Below, one piece after another: positions 7,814 through 18,109 of a DNA stretch of 64,000 nucleotides. The number at the start of each line of letters is the position of its first letter. Position 1 is the stretch's first letter. Source of the stretch: a virus. The stretch lies in IMG/VR virus record IMGVR_UViG_3300032246_000381, positions 8,446 to 72,445 of that record; one strand, given 5' to 3'. Below the pieces are notes generated by a model. It was given only the letters and a program-made list of their open reading frames with translations. It did no database searches and was not told the origin of the DNA. The translations under genes and the position numbers were made by a program.

Positions 7814-8674
7814 TCAATCGAAATCCCCGCCTCCGCCACCGTCGATATTGCCAACTGGTGCTGAAGGAGCAGCAGGTGCGCCGCCGCTGTTTTGACGTGT
7901 CCAACTTGGAGTCATACCGTTCATCTCGAGGATGTCGTCTCTAATATTTTGGTTACGTTTTTCAATGTTGATGATACGTACGAAACTATTGGTAACAGCA
8001 GCAGTATAGTAAGCAAAAGGATTATCAGATTTACTTTCATCGAATTGGAGCCCTATTTGAGTTAGTTGTAAAATGGCCTGGCCACGCATTTCATCATTAT
8101 ATGTATAGCCACGAACGTTACCGCGAGTAGCATATCGTTCACAGAGTTTAATAAACATACGGGCCAGATTGTCGGTCATCTGACCGTGATCTTTACTGAA
8201 CACTCCGTTAGACAATCCACCCTTCCAATGGCTCTTACCCACCAGTATAAGATTATCATTGTCGTCAAACTTCCAATGTTGGAACGGAGGAAAGTTTACT
8301 TTGTCGTGACTATCGGCAGTATTTTTAAGTGTCTTTTTACGTCCAGGAGCAAGCGGTACGTGTTCAAATGTCATCACCCTAAAAACCACATCAGTCTTTG
8401 CGACTTTTTTGTAGTCAACTTCAAAGTCCTTAGCAGGTAATTTTTTACCGCCTGCTAGTACCGCAGCTTCGTGAGCAGCCTTGCCCATCTTGATAGCACG
8501 ATTGCGTTTTGCTTCAGCGATTGTGCGTATATTGACTTTGTCTAGATTAGGTACGATTAAATCGTAGTCGCTATATTCAGGCGCTAGGAAAGTACAATAG
8601 GTATTTTTACTTCGGTGTATTTCTTTTAATAAATCTTTATTAGTTAGGTACTTTATTTTTGGGATGATAGTCAT
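7814..8674 (-). CDS. gp55: late-transcription sigma factor (T4 gp55-like)
   Basis: YLTNKDLL N-terminus, GYTYNDEM, FDESKSDNPFAYYTAAVTNSFVRII..EK; conserved 55-47-46 gene order; AGGAG RBS. Confidence 0.88.
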   Translation of the reverse strand: MTIIPKIKYLTNKDLLKEIHRSKNTYCTFLAPEYSDYDLIVPNLDKVNIRTIAEAKRNRAIKMGKAAHEAAVLAGGKKLPAKDFEVDYKKVAKTDVVFRVMTFEHVPLAPGRKKTLKNTADSHDKVNFPPFQHWKFDDNDNLILVGKSHWKGGLSNGVFSKDHGQMTDNLARMFIKLCERYATRGNVRGYTYNDEMRGQAILQLTQIGLQFDESKSDNPFAYYTAAVTNSFVRIINIEKRNQNIRDDILEMNGMTPSWTRQNSGGAPAAPSAPVGNIDGGGGGDFD

Positions 8675-8685
8675 TAAATAGGGGT

Positions 8686-8729
8686 CTCCTGTTACTTATT
8701 ATAATAGCACATTTTGTTTAGAATAAATA
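8686..8729. promoter_or_regulatory. divergent control region: minus-strand TATAAT (-10 box, 8698-8703) and AGGAG RBS for gp55; plus-strand late promoter AATAAATA (8722-8729) for the baseplate operon
   Basis: Motifs read directly from the intergenic region. No canonical -35 box is seen for the minus-strand promoter. Confidence 0.6.
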
Positions 8730-8756
8730 GAGTTATAACAAGGAAATTCACTCAAA

Positions 8757-9857
8757 ATGGCGTTATCTATCAATCCTTTGTCAACATTAGTTAACCAAGT
8801 AAGTGCGTCAATCCAGACCGCTTCTAATGCAGCTAACTCAGCGTTGACAGATGCAACAAACTCTATTGACAAAGCACAACTAGATGCCAAGATAAGCCAG
8901 TTGAGCGGTGAGCTTGGTAGTGGGCTTAACGGTCTCAGCGGCAATCTTAAAACAGCATTTGGTTCTTCTGCACTAGGAGACTTTGCTAATAAAGCATCAA
9001 GCTCAGTATCGGGTGCAGTAGGCAGTTTGCAATCTGCAGTTGGTAGCACTAGTAACATTGCTGCTGACATTTCTGGAACATTAAACAAACTAACAGGCGG
9101 TAACCTAGCAGGTGGCCTACAAAGCCTAGCTGGACAAATTTCCTCAGCAGCTGGAATGTTAAACAACATCCTCAGCTTACGTAGGGGAGCAAATTTACCC
9201 GGCGGCGGTGAAACTCTACTTAAACAGGGACAAGCAATTAAATTAAGACCAGGATTCAAAGACGACTGGCGAGTAAGACTTCAAGCTCCTTGGGATCTCT
9301 TTAAAAGCGATTTATTTACACGTCTGTCAGCAACAGGTGGTGTTGTTTGGCCCTATAACCCAAACATCACAGTAACTACCAAGGCAGAATATAACAGTCA
9401 GTCATTGGTGCATAGCAATTATAATTTCCAGTCTTATAAAAACAGTTCTGTAGAGGCGATCCAGATATCTGGAGAGTTCAGTTGCGAAACAGAAGTTGAT
9501 GCTGCCTACTGGATCGCAGCAACTACATTCTTTAAAACAGCAACAAAAATGTTTTTTGGTACGGGACCTAATGCAGGTAACCCTCCTATCGTCTGTAACC
9601 TATCTGGTTACGGCAGCAGTGTATTTGATAATATCCCGGTAGTTGTTACAAACTTCAGTGTTGATCTAAAAGATGATGTCAACTACATACGATGCAATAC
9701 ATTTGGTACAAATACTTGGGTACCGATACTTAGTACAATTACAGTGACAGTAATGCCGGTATACAATAGAAGACGTCTACGTCAGTTTAGTTTAGAAGAT
9801 TATGCACGTGGTGGAGTCGCTGGTAAAGCCTCCGGCGGTGGAATAGGATACTTATAA
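8757..9857 (+). CDS. baseplate / tail-tube initiator protein (gp48/gp54-like)
   Basis: Low-complexity S/A/G/L N-terminal half; C-terminal tube-like domain DWRVRL..GVVWPYNPNI..PPIVCNLSGYG..FDNIPVVV; first gene of the baseplate operon. Confidence 0.65.
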   Translation: MALSINPLSTLVNQVSASIQTASNAANSALTDATNSIDKAQLDAKISQLSGELGSGLNGLSGNLKTAFGSSALGDFANKASSSVSGAVGSLQSAVGSTSNIAADISGTLNKLTGGNLAGGLQSLAGQISSAAGMLNNILSLRRGANLPGGGETLLKQGQAIKLRPGFKDDWRVRLQAPWDLFKSDLFTRLSATGGVVWPYNPNITVTTKAEYNSQSLVHSNYNFQSYKNSSVEAIQISGEFSCETEVDAAYWIAATTFFKTATKMFFGTGPNAGNPPIVCNLSGYGSSVFDNIPVVVTNFSVDLKDDVNYIRCNTFGTNTWVPILSTITVTVMPVYNRRRLRQFSLEDYARGGVAGKASGGGIGYL

Positions 9858-9858
9858 T

Positions 9859-10161
9859 ATGTCACAGAGATATTCTAAATATACACCTTGGTCATCAACT
9901 AAAGAAAATAATTTATATCTTGAACTGTTGTCAATTCGACCAGTGCCGGCCGAAGCCGATGACTTTAAGTATATAATTGAAAATCATTATAAACATCGTC
10001 CTGATTTACTATCATACGATCTATATGGTACTCCTAAACTATGGTGGGTATTTGTGCAAAGAAATATGAGTGTGCTACGTGACCCTATCTATGATTTTGA
10101 ACCAGGTGTTACTATCTACGTTCCTAAAAAATCAAATCTTGAAAAATTCCTAGGAATATAA
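9859..10161 (+). CDS. gp53: baseplate wedge LysM-like protein (T4 gp53-like)
   Basis: RPDLLSYDLYGTPKLWWVF..RN motif. Confidence 0.85.
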   Translation: MSQRYSKYTPWSSTKENNLYLELLSIRPVPAEADDFKYIIENHYKHRPDLLSYDLYGTPKLWWVFVQRNMSVLRDPIYDFEPGVTIYVPKKSNLEKFLGI

Positions 10162-10162
10162 G

Positions 10163-12628
10163 ATGGCTGGATTTAGAGATATCGGTATACAGGTAGGTCA
10201 ATATCTATCAGATTTAAGAAAACCCGACGGTACACAGATCCGTACTGACATTGTTGGAGCAGCAGTTTCTGCTGTAGGTTCCGCAGTTAGATCTACAGGC
10301 GCTACAGGCGCTACCGCAATGGCCTTGCTTGAAAACGGCAAAAGTTTTCAATATGTAAAACCTGGTACTACACAAATGGGCAAGGCCCTAGAGTTAGAAA
10401 ACAGAGGATATAATACATTAGAACAGTTTGCTTCGTTTACACCGTTGTGGACAATGGCCTGTTTAGAACCAAAGCAATTCAACGACCCACGATCATATAG
10501 AGATAGTCCTTCTGCCCTCAAGCACGTGGTATTTGCTTCCGGTGGACGGTTTGACGAACAGCGTGTGAGTATTGAAGGACCAACAGCCGGTGGTCAAGTT
10601 CCAGAATACTTTGTCAACAATTTTCAAATGAACTGCGTTATTTCTGCCAACGACAAAAGCGGAAACTCAAATGCTATAAAATTTAGTTTTGATATCTATG
10701 AGCCATATAGTATGGGCCTGTTGCTACAGAGCTTACAGGTGTCTGCTAAAAAAGCAGGATATACAAACTATCTGCAAAATGCTCCATATGTTCTAAGATT
10801 AGATTTTATGGGCTTTGATGAAAATATGTTACAGTACAAAACTGTAAAACCTAAATTCTTCACAATGAAATTAGTCAGCTGTAAGTTTTCAGTGACTGAA
10901 TCAGGTAGTGTGTATAAGGTAGAAGGTATTCCCTACAACCATCACGGCTTTAGTGATTCTGTAAACACAGTATACAATGACGTGAAGATCGAAGCATCTA
11001 AAACAACAGCACCAGATCTAATATATCCATCGGGCTCAATTGGTGATATCTTAGTCACTGGTGAAAACAGTCTATGTGCGTTCTTAAATAAAAACGAAGA
11101 AAAATTAAAACAAGAAGGAAAGATAACCTATCCGGATATCTACGAAATACAGTTCCCAGAAAATGCCAGTGATTATGATACTTCCCCTCCACCGGACCTT
11201 ACTCCAAAAACTGCCACAGTAAATCCCTATGGACCCCCACCTAGAGTATTAGTTCAAGGTGGTGGAGCAGTGGCAACTAACGCCCCTCCTAAGTCATCAA
11301 ACGAAGTTGGCAAGGCAATGATCACTTATCTTAATACACAAGGTGGTAATTTTAAATTTGCTACAAATGAAGTACGTGATGAAAAAACTGGTAAAATTAA
11401 ACGTGATAATATGACAGTTGACCCTAAGGCAAGAACATTTCAATTTGCACAAGGGCAATCACTTACCGCAGTTATTAATCAGATCATCCTAAGTTCTGAC
11501 TATGCCAAGAAAGCGATCGATCCAGCTAATAAACAAGAAGGTTTTATTAAATGGTTTAGACTGGATGTGCAAATACAATTACAAGCAGATAAGTTTGATG
11601 ATCTAATCGGTGATTATCCAATGAGGATAATCTATCGTGTTGTTCCTTTTTTAGTTCACGAAAGTATTTTCCAAGCGCCAAACTCTGCACCTACAGGATA
11701 TAATGAACTTAAAAAGAAAATTCGTAGAGCCTACGAATATATCTATACAGGTAAAAACGTTGACATCATAAAATTTGATATCAATATTAATAATCTTTTC
11801 TTTACTGGTGCAAAAACGTCATCTGAATCCAAGACTGGATCAATTGCTGCGCCAGACAATCAAGGACCCGGCGGAGCAAATCCAACCAAGGCCGTTAAGA
11901 CAGGTAAAGGTGATGCTACCAAAGAAGCACAGACTGCTAATACTGGTCGATCAAGGCCTCAGCGTACTCCTGAAATGATGAAAACAGCAGTTGGTGGTGA
12001 CGGTATGGGATCAGTAGAACGCGAAGTAGCAAAAACATTCCACAAAGCATTCCTTTCGGGATCAAGTGCTGATATGGTCACTGTTGATTTAGAAATACTA
12101 GGCGATCCGTATTGGATGGTTGATAGTGGAATATCAAACTATATGGCCAAGCCAGCAGATAGCAACGGTAAGGGTATATCTCTTATTACAGAAGACGGAA
12201 CAATGAACTACGAAGGTAACGATGTTTACATCTATCTTTCATTCAAAACACCAGTAGATATAAACGAAACTACGGGGCTTTATGATATGTCAGCTCGAGA
12301 AGCTCAAAGCCCATTTGGTGGTATATATCGTGTAGTAATGTGTGAGAACACCTTCAATGATGGGCTGTTCAAACAAAAATTAAAATGTATCAGACAGCCT
12401 GGACAAGAATCAGATTATGATGGTGAAGTATTGACACAAGACAAAGGACAATCGCCTGCGGCAAAAGTTGAAGAAGAATTACGCGATGCAACTTCTCCAC
12501 AAGATTCGCCTGTAGATAGTGAACAGAAGCGTTTATTAAGAGCAGCTAAGTCCGCAGTGGCATCTAGTGATACTGCTGCCGCTGCCGAAGCACTAGGCAG
12601 AATACGACAAAATAGAGGAGTTGCATAA
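10163..12628 (+). CDS. baseplate hub protein (gp27-like)
   Basis: 821 aa; lies between the gp53-like and gp5-like genes; LEILGDPYW and GIYRVVMCENTF..G.FKQKL motifs of hub proteins. Confidence 0.65.
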   Translation: MAGFRDIGIQVGQYLSDLRKPDGTQIRTDIVGAAVSAVGSAVRSTGATGATAMALLENGKSFQYVKPGTTQMGKALELENRGYNTLEQFASFTPLWTMACLEPKQFNDPRSYRDSPSALKHVVFASGGRFDEQRVSIEGPTAGGQVPEYFVNNFQMNCVISANDKSGNSNAIKFSFDIYEPYSMGLLLQSLQVSAKKAGYTNYLQNAPYVLRLDFMGFDENMLQYKTVKPKFFTMKLVSCKFSVTESGSVYKVEGIPYNHHGFSDSVNTVYNDVKIEASKTTAPDLIYPSGSIGDILVTGENSLCAFLNKNEEKLKQEGKITYPDIYEIQFPENASDYDTSPPPDLTPKTATVNPYGPPPRVLVQGGGAVATNAPPKSSNEVGKAMITYLNTQGGNFKFATNEVRDEKTGKIKRDNMTVDPKARTFQFAQGQSLTAVINQIILSSDYAKKAIDPANKQEGFIKWFRLDVQIQLQADKFDDLIGDYPMRIIYRVVPFLVHESIFQAPNSAPTGYNELKKKIRRAYEYIYTGKNVDIIKFDININNLFFTGAKTSSESKTGSIAAPDNQGPGGANPTKAVKTGKGDATKEAQTANTGRSRPQRTPEMMKTAVGGDGMGSVEREVAKTFHKAFLSGSSADMVTVDLEILGDPYWMVDSGISNYMAKPADSNGKGISLITEDGTMNYEGNDVYIYLSFKTPVDINETTGLYDMSAREAQSPFGGIYRVVMCENTFNDGLFKQKLKCIRQPGQESDYDGEVLTQDKGQSPAAKVEEELRDATSPQDSPVDSEQKRLLRAAKSAVASSDTAAAAEALGRIRQNRGVA

Positions 12629-14199
12629 TGGCAGAGTTTAAACGATCGGGATATGACGAAACTTCCTCGGCGGATATTGGCACAGGCCCGTATCTTGCAA
12701 GGGTAATTAGTCACCTTGATACTACGTTTATGGGAGACTTAGAAGTTACACTTTTAAGAGACTCAGGTAATACGATGGGTGAAGATACAGAAACGTACAC
12801 AGTACATTTTGCTTCACCTTTCTTTGGAGTAACCCCATTTGAATTTATGGGGCAAAACAAAACAGACTTTAATGATACACAAAAAAGTTACGGAATGTGG
12901 ATGGTACCACCGGACGTTGGTGTAACTGTTATGTGTACATTTGTAAACGGTGACCCTGCACAGGGATACTGGTTTGCCTGCATTCCGCCTAAGTTTGCAA
13001 ATCAAATGGTTCCAGCAATGGCTGGCACGACACAGGTTGAATTAACCGACGAAGACAAGAAAAAATACAATACAAAAATGCCTTTGCCTACAGGCGAATA
13101 TAATAAAAAAGTTAATGCTAAAACAGAAAGCAGTGTTGATGTTGATAAACTAACAAAACCTATTCATCCTATTGCTGAAGCATTTTTAAACGCAGGTTTG
13201 TTAGAGGATGATGTTCGAGGAATAACAACTACAACAAGTCGTCGTGAAGTACCAAGTATGGTATTTGGTATTAGTACTCCAGGCCCATTAGACAGAAGAA
13301 TAAATGCCAAGAAAGGGTTTATAGGAAAAGTAAACGATCAGACAGCAACACCAGTTCCTGTAAGTCGATTAGGTGGAACAACATTTGTAATGGATGACGG
13401 TGATGATCGATATCAACGAGTAAAACCAGCGAATCAGGGCGGTATGGAGTATGTTGATATCACCGAACAAAAAACTGGACAAACCAGTCAACCAGATATT
13501 CCTTACAATGAATACTTCCGTGTAAGAACAAGAACAGGGCATCAAATATTGATGCACAACAGTGAAGATTTAATCTACATCGCCAATGCTAAAGGCACTG
13601 CCTGGATTGAATTAACAGCCAATGGAAAAATTGATATCTATGCAGGAGACAGTATTAGTATTCACACTGAAACTGATTTAAACATCCGTGCTGATAGAGA
13701 CATCAATATCGAAGCCGGCAGAAATATTAATATGAGAACTGAAACAGGTCGCTGGCACGCCGAGGTTGCAACAAATTTAGAATTTTTAGTTAACTCTGAG
13801 ACTAAGCTCACAGTCGGTGAAAACTGTCAGATATTAGTTGGTAAATCTACTAAAATTTCTAGTAATACCAATTGCGAAATTAATACTAACGGAGATAATT
13901 TATTCAGTGCAGGAGCTAATACAAATATTGGTAGCGGTGGCAACCACGTAGAATCAGCAGCTGATATCTTTATGAATAGTCAGGCAGCAACACCTGCCAC
14001 TACCGCTGATTTCGTACAACCATTAGAATTAAGAGATAATCCAGCAGTGACCACTCAAGTTGGATGGAATCCTAAAAAATATCAAGCCGGTGTTACTAAG
14101 AGTATTATGAAACGTATGCCGATGCACGAGCCTTGGCTATTGCACGAAAATATGGCTCCGCAATTACTAACTCCAGACCAAACAGATAGAGAGGTATAA
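12628..14199 (+). CDS. gp5: baseplate central spike (gp5/VgrG-like: OB-fold plus beta-helix)
   Basis: SYGMWMVPPDVGVTVMCTF OB-fold motif, RTRTGHQILM, beta-helix repeats, C-terminal PMHEPWLLHEN His motif. No lysozyme domain is evident. Confidence 0.85.
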   Translation: MAEFKRSGYDETSSADIGTGPYLARVISHLDTTFMGDLEVTLLRDSGNTMGEDTETYTVHFASPFFGVTPFEFMGQNKTDFNDTQKSYGMWMVPPDVGVTVMCTFVNGDPAQGYWFACIPPKFANQMVPAMAGTTQVELTDEDKKKYNTKMPLPTGEYNKKVNAKTESSVDVDKLTKPIHPIAEAFLNAGLLEDDVRGITTTTSRREVPSMVFGISTPGPLDRRINAKKGFIGKVNDQTATPVPVSRLGGTTFVMDDGDDRYQRVKPANQGGMEYVDITEQKTGQTSQPDIPYNEYFRVRTRTGHQILMHNSEDLIYIANAKGTAWIELTANGKIDIYAGDSISIHTETDLNIRADRDINIEAGRNINMRTETGRWHAEVATNLEFLVNSETKLTVGENCQILVGKSTKISSNTNCEINTNGDNLFSAGANTNIGSGGNHVESAADIFMNSQAATPATTADFVQPLELRDNPAVTTQVGWNPKKYQAGVTKSIMKRMPMHEPWLLHENMAPQLLTPDQTDREV

Positions 14200-14201
14200 T
14201 T

Positions 14202-14648
14202 ATGGCCTTAACAAAAAAACTTTATAACACTAAAATTGTAGCAGCAAATAAAGCCTCAGTAGGCACAGAGGGACAAAATACCTTTACCTACAAGGGATTT
14301 AGTTCTAACGAAACTGGTAAAAACTATAAACTTACAGACATTGATCTAGTAAAGCAAGACCTTATGAATCATTTTTATATTCGTAAGGGAGAGAAATTAG
14401 AAAATCCAGAGTTTGGAACAGTTATCTGGGATATGCTGTTTGAACCATTTACAGAAGAAGTAAAAAAGATTATTGCCAAGGATGTAGAGGATATTATTAA
14501 CTACGATCCTCGTATCGCAGTGAATTCAGTAGCAGTTGACACAACTGAACAGGGTATTAGAATACAAGCAGATCTAGTGTACATTCAATTTAATATCAAC
14601 GAAAGAATGACATTTGATTTCGACAAAGCGAATTCTATCATTAAGTAA
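14202..14648 (+). CDS. gp25: baseplate wedge subunit (gp25-like)
   Basis: DIDLVKQDLMNHFYIRKGEKLENPEFGT..LFEP..YDPRI motif. Confidence 0.92.
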   Translation: MALTKKLYNTKIVAANKASVGTEGQNTFTYKGFSSNETGKNYKLTDIDLVKQDLMNHFYIRKGEKLENPEFGTVIWDMLFEPFTEEVKKIIAKDVEDIINYDPRIAVNSVAVDTTEQGIRIQADLVYIQFNINERMTFDFDKANSIIK

Positions 14649-14666
14649 GTGGTTAATTTTAAGTGG

Positions 14667-14672
14667 TAAATA
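14667..14672 (+). promoter_or_regulatory. late promoter TAAATA
   Basis: In the short gap 18 nt upstream of the gp6-like ATG. Confidence 0.6.
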
Positions 14673-14690
14673 TGATATCAGGAATAAAAA

Positions 14691-17600
14691 ATGACAACGA
14701 CCAGCAGACAAAATAACCTTATTTTAAACCAAGATTGGACTAGGATCTATCAGACATTTAAAAATGCTGACTTTAAATCCTACGACTTTGAAAATCTTCG
14801 TCGGGTTATTATTACCTATCTAAGACAAAACTACCCAGAAGATTTCAACGACTATATTGAAAGCTCTGAGTATATGGCCTTGATTGACGCTGTGGCCTTC
14901 CTTGGGCAGAGTCTAGCTTTTCGTGTTGATTTAGCCAGTCGTGAAAACTTTTTAGAATTAGCAGAACGCAAAGAAAGTGTACTACGTATTGCTCGTATGT
15001 TGAGCTATAACGCCAAAAGAAACAAAGCAGCCAAAGGTCTTTTAAAATTCACATCAGTTACAACTACAGAATCTATTTTAGACGGTAACGGCAAAAATCT
15101 AGCCAACCAGATTATTCAATGGAATGATCCAACAAACAGCAATTGGCTAGAACAGTTTATTATTGTGTTAAATGCTTCTATGTCAGATAACACAGAGTTT
15201 GGTCGTAGCCAAGGATCTGCAACAATTCAGGGAGTTCCAACTGAACAATATAGATTTAGAACTTTCTCAAATGATGTACCTATCTATACATATAGTAAAA
15301 CTGTGTCTGGTAGGGGTATGGCATTTGAAGTTGTTAGCACTGCATTTAACGGTGCTGAAAATTTTTATGAAGAAGCACCAACGCCAGCAAATCAATTAGG
15401 TTTTGTCTATCGTAATGATGGGCGTGGGCCAGGGAGTCCTAACACAGGATTTTTCTTAATGTTCAAGCAAGGAAGTTTAGAGCTTGCAGATTTCAGCATT
15501 GACACTCCTACAACTAATGAAACAATTTCAGTTGGCGCACAAAATATCAACAATGACGATATCTGGTTATTTAAATTAAGTTCTATCGGCGCACAATTAG
15601 ACCAATGGACGCAGGTATCTAATCTAGTTGGCAATAATATTGCCTATAACAGTATCAGTCAAAACATTAGGAATATCTTTTCTGTAGTAACAAAAGAAAA
15701 CGATATGGTGGATCTGTCGTTTGCCGACGGAGTATACGGTAACTTGCCACAAGGTAATTTCCGTTTTTACTACAGAGTCAGTAACGGACTAACATATTCT
15801 ATCTATCCTAACGAAATGAAAGGTATTAACATCTCTGTACCTTACTATAATTCACAAGGAATTCCACAGACAATTACTGTTGGGCTTGGACTACAACAAA
15901 CAATATCGTCTTCTGCTGCAACAGAAACAGTGGACAGTATTAGAACAAATGCTCCAGCGACCTATTACACACAAAATAGAATGATCACAGGAGAAGATTA
16001 TAATCTTGCTCCGTTGTCAAGTAGTCAAAACATTTTAAAAATTAAAGCCATTAACAGAACATCAAGTGGTATCTCTAGAAATTTTGAAATCATTGATGCC
16101 AGCGGAAAATACTCTAGTGTTAATGTATTTGCTGATGATGGTTACATTTATAAAGAAGCTGTAGAAAAAACTCTGTCATTTAAAAATTATGGAAATAGAT
16201 TAGAGATCCTTAATTTCCTTGCAACAGGCGGAACGTCGGGATACAGCATTTTTGAAGATACAGATGTTTACAATTTTTATCTAACAAAGTATGACAAGAT
16301 TTATTTTACAGATAACGTAGAATGGTATCAGGTAACAACCGGTACAAATATTACCACAGGCTATTTTAGAAATTCTACAGATTTCAGCAAGCTCAAAGTC
16401 GGTGCATATTCTACAAACAGTTTAAAATATGTAACACCGGGAGCCGTTGTTAAATTTACTGCGCCAGCGGGTAAAGCCTTTAGAAAAGGTAAACTAGTAA
16501 CTGCTGATACTAGCGATTCAACACAAACGTCCTACATTTGGACAGAAGTTGTTAAGGTAGTAGGCGATGGAACTAATGCAGGACGCGGAGAACTTCCGTC
16601 AGGCCTAGGCCCAATAACATTTAACACGCAGGTTCCGATCGGCGCGATAGCATCAAGAATCGTACCTAAGTGGGTTAGCAGTTTAACAACTGCATTGGCG
16701 CAAGAAATTACAAATCAAATTTTTGAAGGATTGAATTTTGGTATTCGGTACGATATCGTTTCTTCCTCTTGGAAAATTATCACAACATCGAATATTGATC
16801 TAATCAGTCCGTTTAGTTTGGGCAAGGCAGGTGACTCATCTAATGGTCACTTAGACTCGTCTTGGATTGTGTCCTTTGTTAAACTACCAGATCAGTATCA
16901 GATAAGAATTAGAACGATGGCCTACGTGTTCGGTAGTGTCCAACAAAATAGATTCTACTTTGATTCTACACAACGAGTGTTTAATTCGCAAACTGGCAAA
17001 GTAGTTACGGATCAGGTAAAAGTATTAAGTATTAATTCAGGTAAAGATTTAATATCTCCGTTGAAGTATGATATTCCTTTTGAAATTGATGATGCTATTA
17101 AGTTTGACGATGGGTATCAAAGTACAAAAGAAATTAAATTAGCGTTCCTTGATAGCAATAATAACAATGCTATTGATAATCCGGATTCTTTTGAAGATAT
17201 TGTTGGCGACAACACATTACCAAGATTTTTATTTTTTGTCGAGACAACAGATAATTCGGGAACAAAATCTTACGATATTATTGATAATACAAATGATACA
17301 ATATTAGTTAGACAAACAGAAGCTACGACAAACCCAGCTGATTTTAATGACGGACAGTTAATATATTTCTATGACAGTTTAGAAGACCGTGTAAAGAAAG
17401 TAGATAAAATGTCTAATACCTTAATATTGCAAACTCAATACAAGGCTAATAGAGGTAGAGATAAATTAAAATTTCAATATCTGCACAATGCTTCTGGTAA
17501 TAGAAGAATAGATCCAAGCTCTAGCAACATTATCGATCTTTACATTTTACCTAGAGCATATGATACAGACTTCAGAAACTGGTTAGCTGGAGCGATTCCA

Positions 17601-18104
17601 ACAAAGCCAGTTGGATTAGACCACGACGAGTTGCGTGATTCATTTGGTGCAGGTCTGAGTGCAATTAAATCTATCAGCGATGAATTAGCCTATCACTCTG
17701 TAAAATACAAAGTGTTATTTGGCGCCAAAGCAGATATTAAATTACAGGCACAATTTAAAGTGGTTAAAAATCCTAATAAATCTGTTAATGATAATGACAT
17801 TAAAGTTAGAATTATTAATGCCATCAATGATTTCTTTGATGTTAATAACTGGGATTTTGGAGATAGATTTTATCTAAGCGAACTTACAACTTATATTTTA
17901 AATATAACCGCCCCAGACATTAGTAACCTTGTGATTGTCCCGAGACAAACAACGCAGGTATTTGGTAGTTTGTTTGAAATTCAAAGTGCAGCTGATGAAA
18001 TTTTTGTTAGCGGTGCTACTGTCGATGATGTTGAAATCGTAACAGCTATTACTGCTTCAGAAATCCGAGCTACTACTAGCTCAGTCGTTAACACAACTAT
18101 GTGA
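14691..18104 (+). CDS. gp6: baseplate wedge subunit (gp6-like)
   Basis: DFKSYDFENLR, FNDYIESSE, ENFLELAERKESVLRIARMLSY, FADGVYG, TQNRMITGEDY motifs. Confidence 0.9.
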   Translation: MTTTSRQNNLILNQDWTRIYQTFKNADFKSYDFENLRRVIITYLRQNYPEDFNDYIESSEYMALIDAVAFLGQSLAFRVDLASRENFLELAERKESVLRIARMLSYNAKRNKAAKGLLKFTSVTTTESILDGNGKNLANQIIQWNDPTNSNWLEQFIIVLNASMSDNTEFGRSQGSATIQGVPTEQYRFRTFSNDVPIYTYSKTVSGRGMAFEVVSTAFNGAENFYEEAPTPANQLGFVYRNDGRGPGSPNTGFFLMFKQGSLELADFSIDTPTTNETISVGAQNINNDDIWLFKLSSIGAQLDQWTQVSNLVGNNIAYNSISQNIRNIFSVVTKENDMVDLSFADGVYGNLPQGNFRFYYRVSNGLTYSIYPNEMKGINISVPYYNSQGIPQTITVGLGLQQTISSSAATETVDSIRTNAPATYYTQNRMITGEDYNLAPLSSSQNILKIKAINRTSSGISRNFEIIDASGKYSSVNVFADDGYIYKEAVEKTLSFKNYGNRLEILNFLATGGTSGYSIFEDTDVYNFYLTKYDKIYFTDNVEWYQVTTGTNITTGYFRNSTDFSKLKVGAYSTNSLKYVTPGAVVKFTAPAGKAFRKGKLVTADTSDSTQTSYIWTEVVKVVGDGTNAGRGELPSGLGPITFNTQVPIGAIASRIVPKWVSSLTTALAQEITNQIFEGLNFGIRYDIVSSSWKIITTSNIDLISPFSLGKAGDSSNGHLDSSWIVSFVKLPDQYQIRIRTMAYVFGSVQQNRFYFDSTQRVFNSQTGKVVTDQVKVLSINSGKDLISPLKYDIPFEIDDAIKFDDGYQSTKEIKLAFLDSNNNNAIDNPDSFEDIVGDNTLPRFLFFVETTDNSGTKSYDIIDNTNDTILVRQTEATTNPADFNDGQLIYFYDSLEDRVKKVDKMSNTLILQTQYKANRGRDKLKFQYLHNASGNRRIDPSSSNIIDLYILPRAYDTDFRNWLAGAIPTKPVGLDHDELRDSFGAGLSAIKSISDELAYHSVKYKVLFGAKADIKLQAQFKVVKNPNKSVNDNDIKVRIINAINDFFDVNNWDFGDRFYLSELTTYILNITAPDISNLVIVPRQTTQVFGSLFEIQSAADEIFVSGATVDDVEIVTAITASEIRATTSSVVNTTM

Positions 18105-18109
18105 GAAAT

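Noticed and set aside
8699-9259. 186-aa antisense ORF
   Set aside because: Shadow of the low-complexity N-terminal half of 8757..9857; no independent signals.
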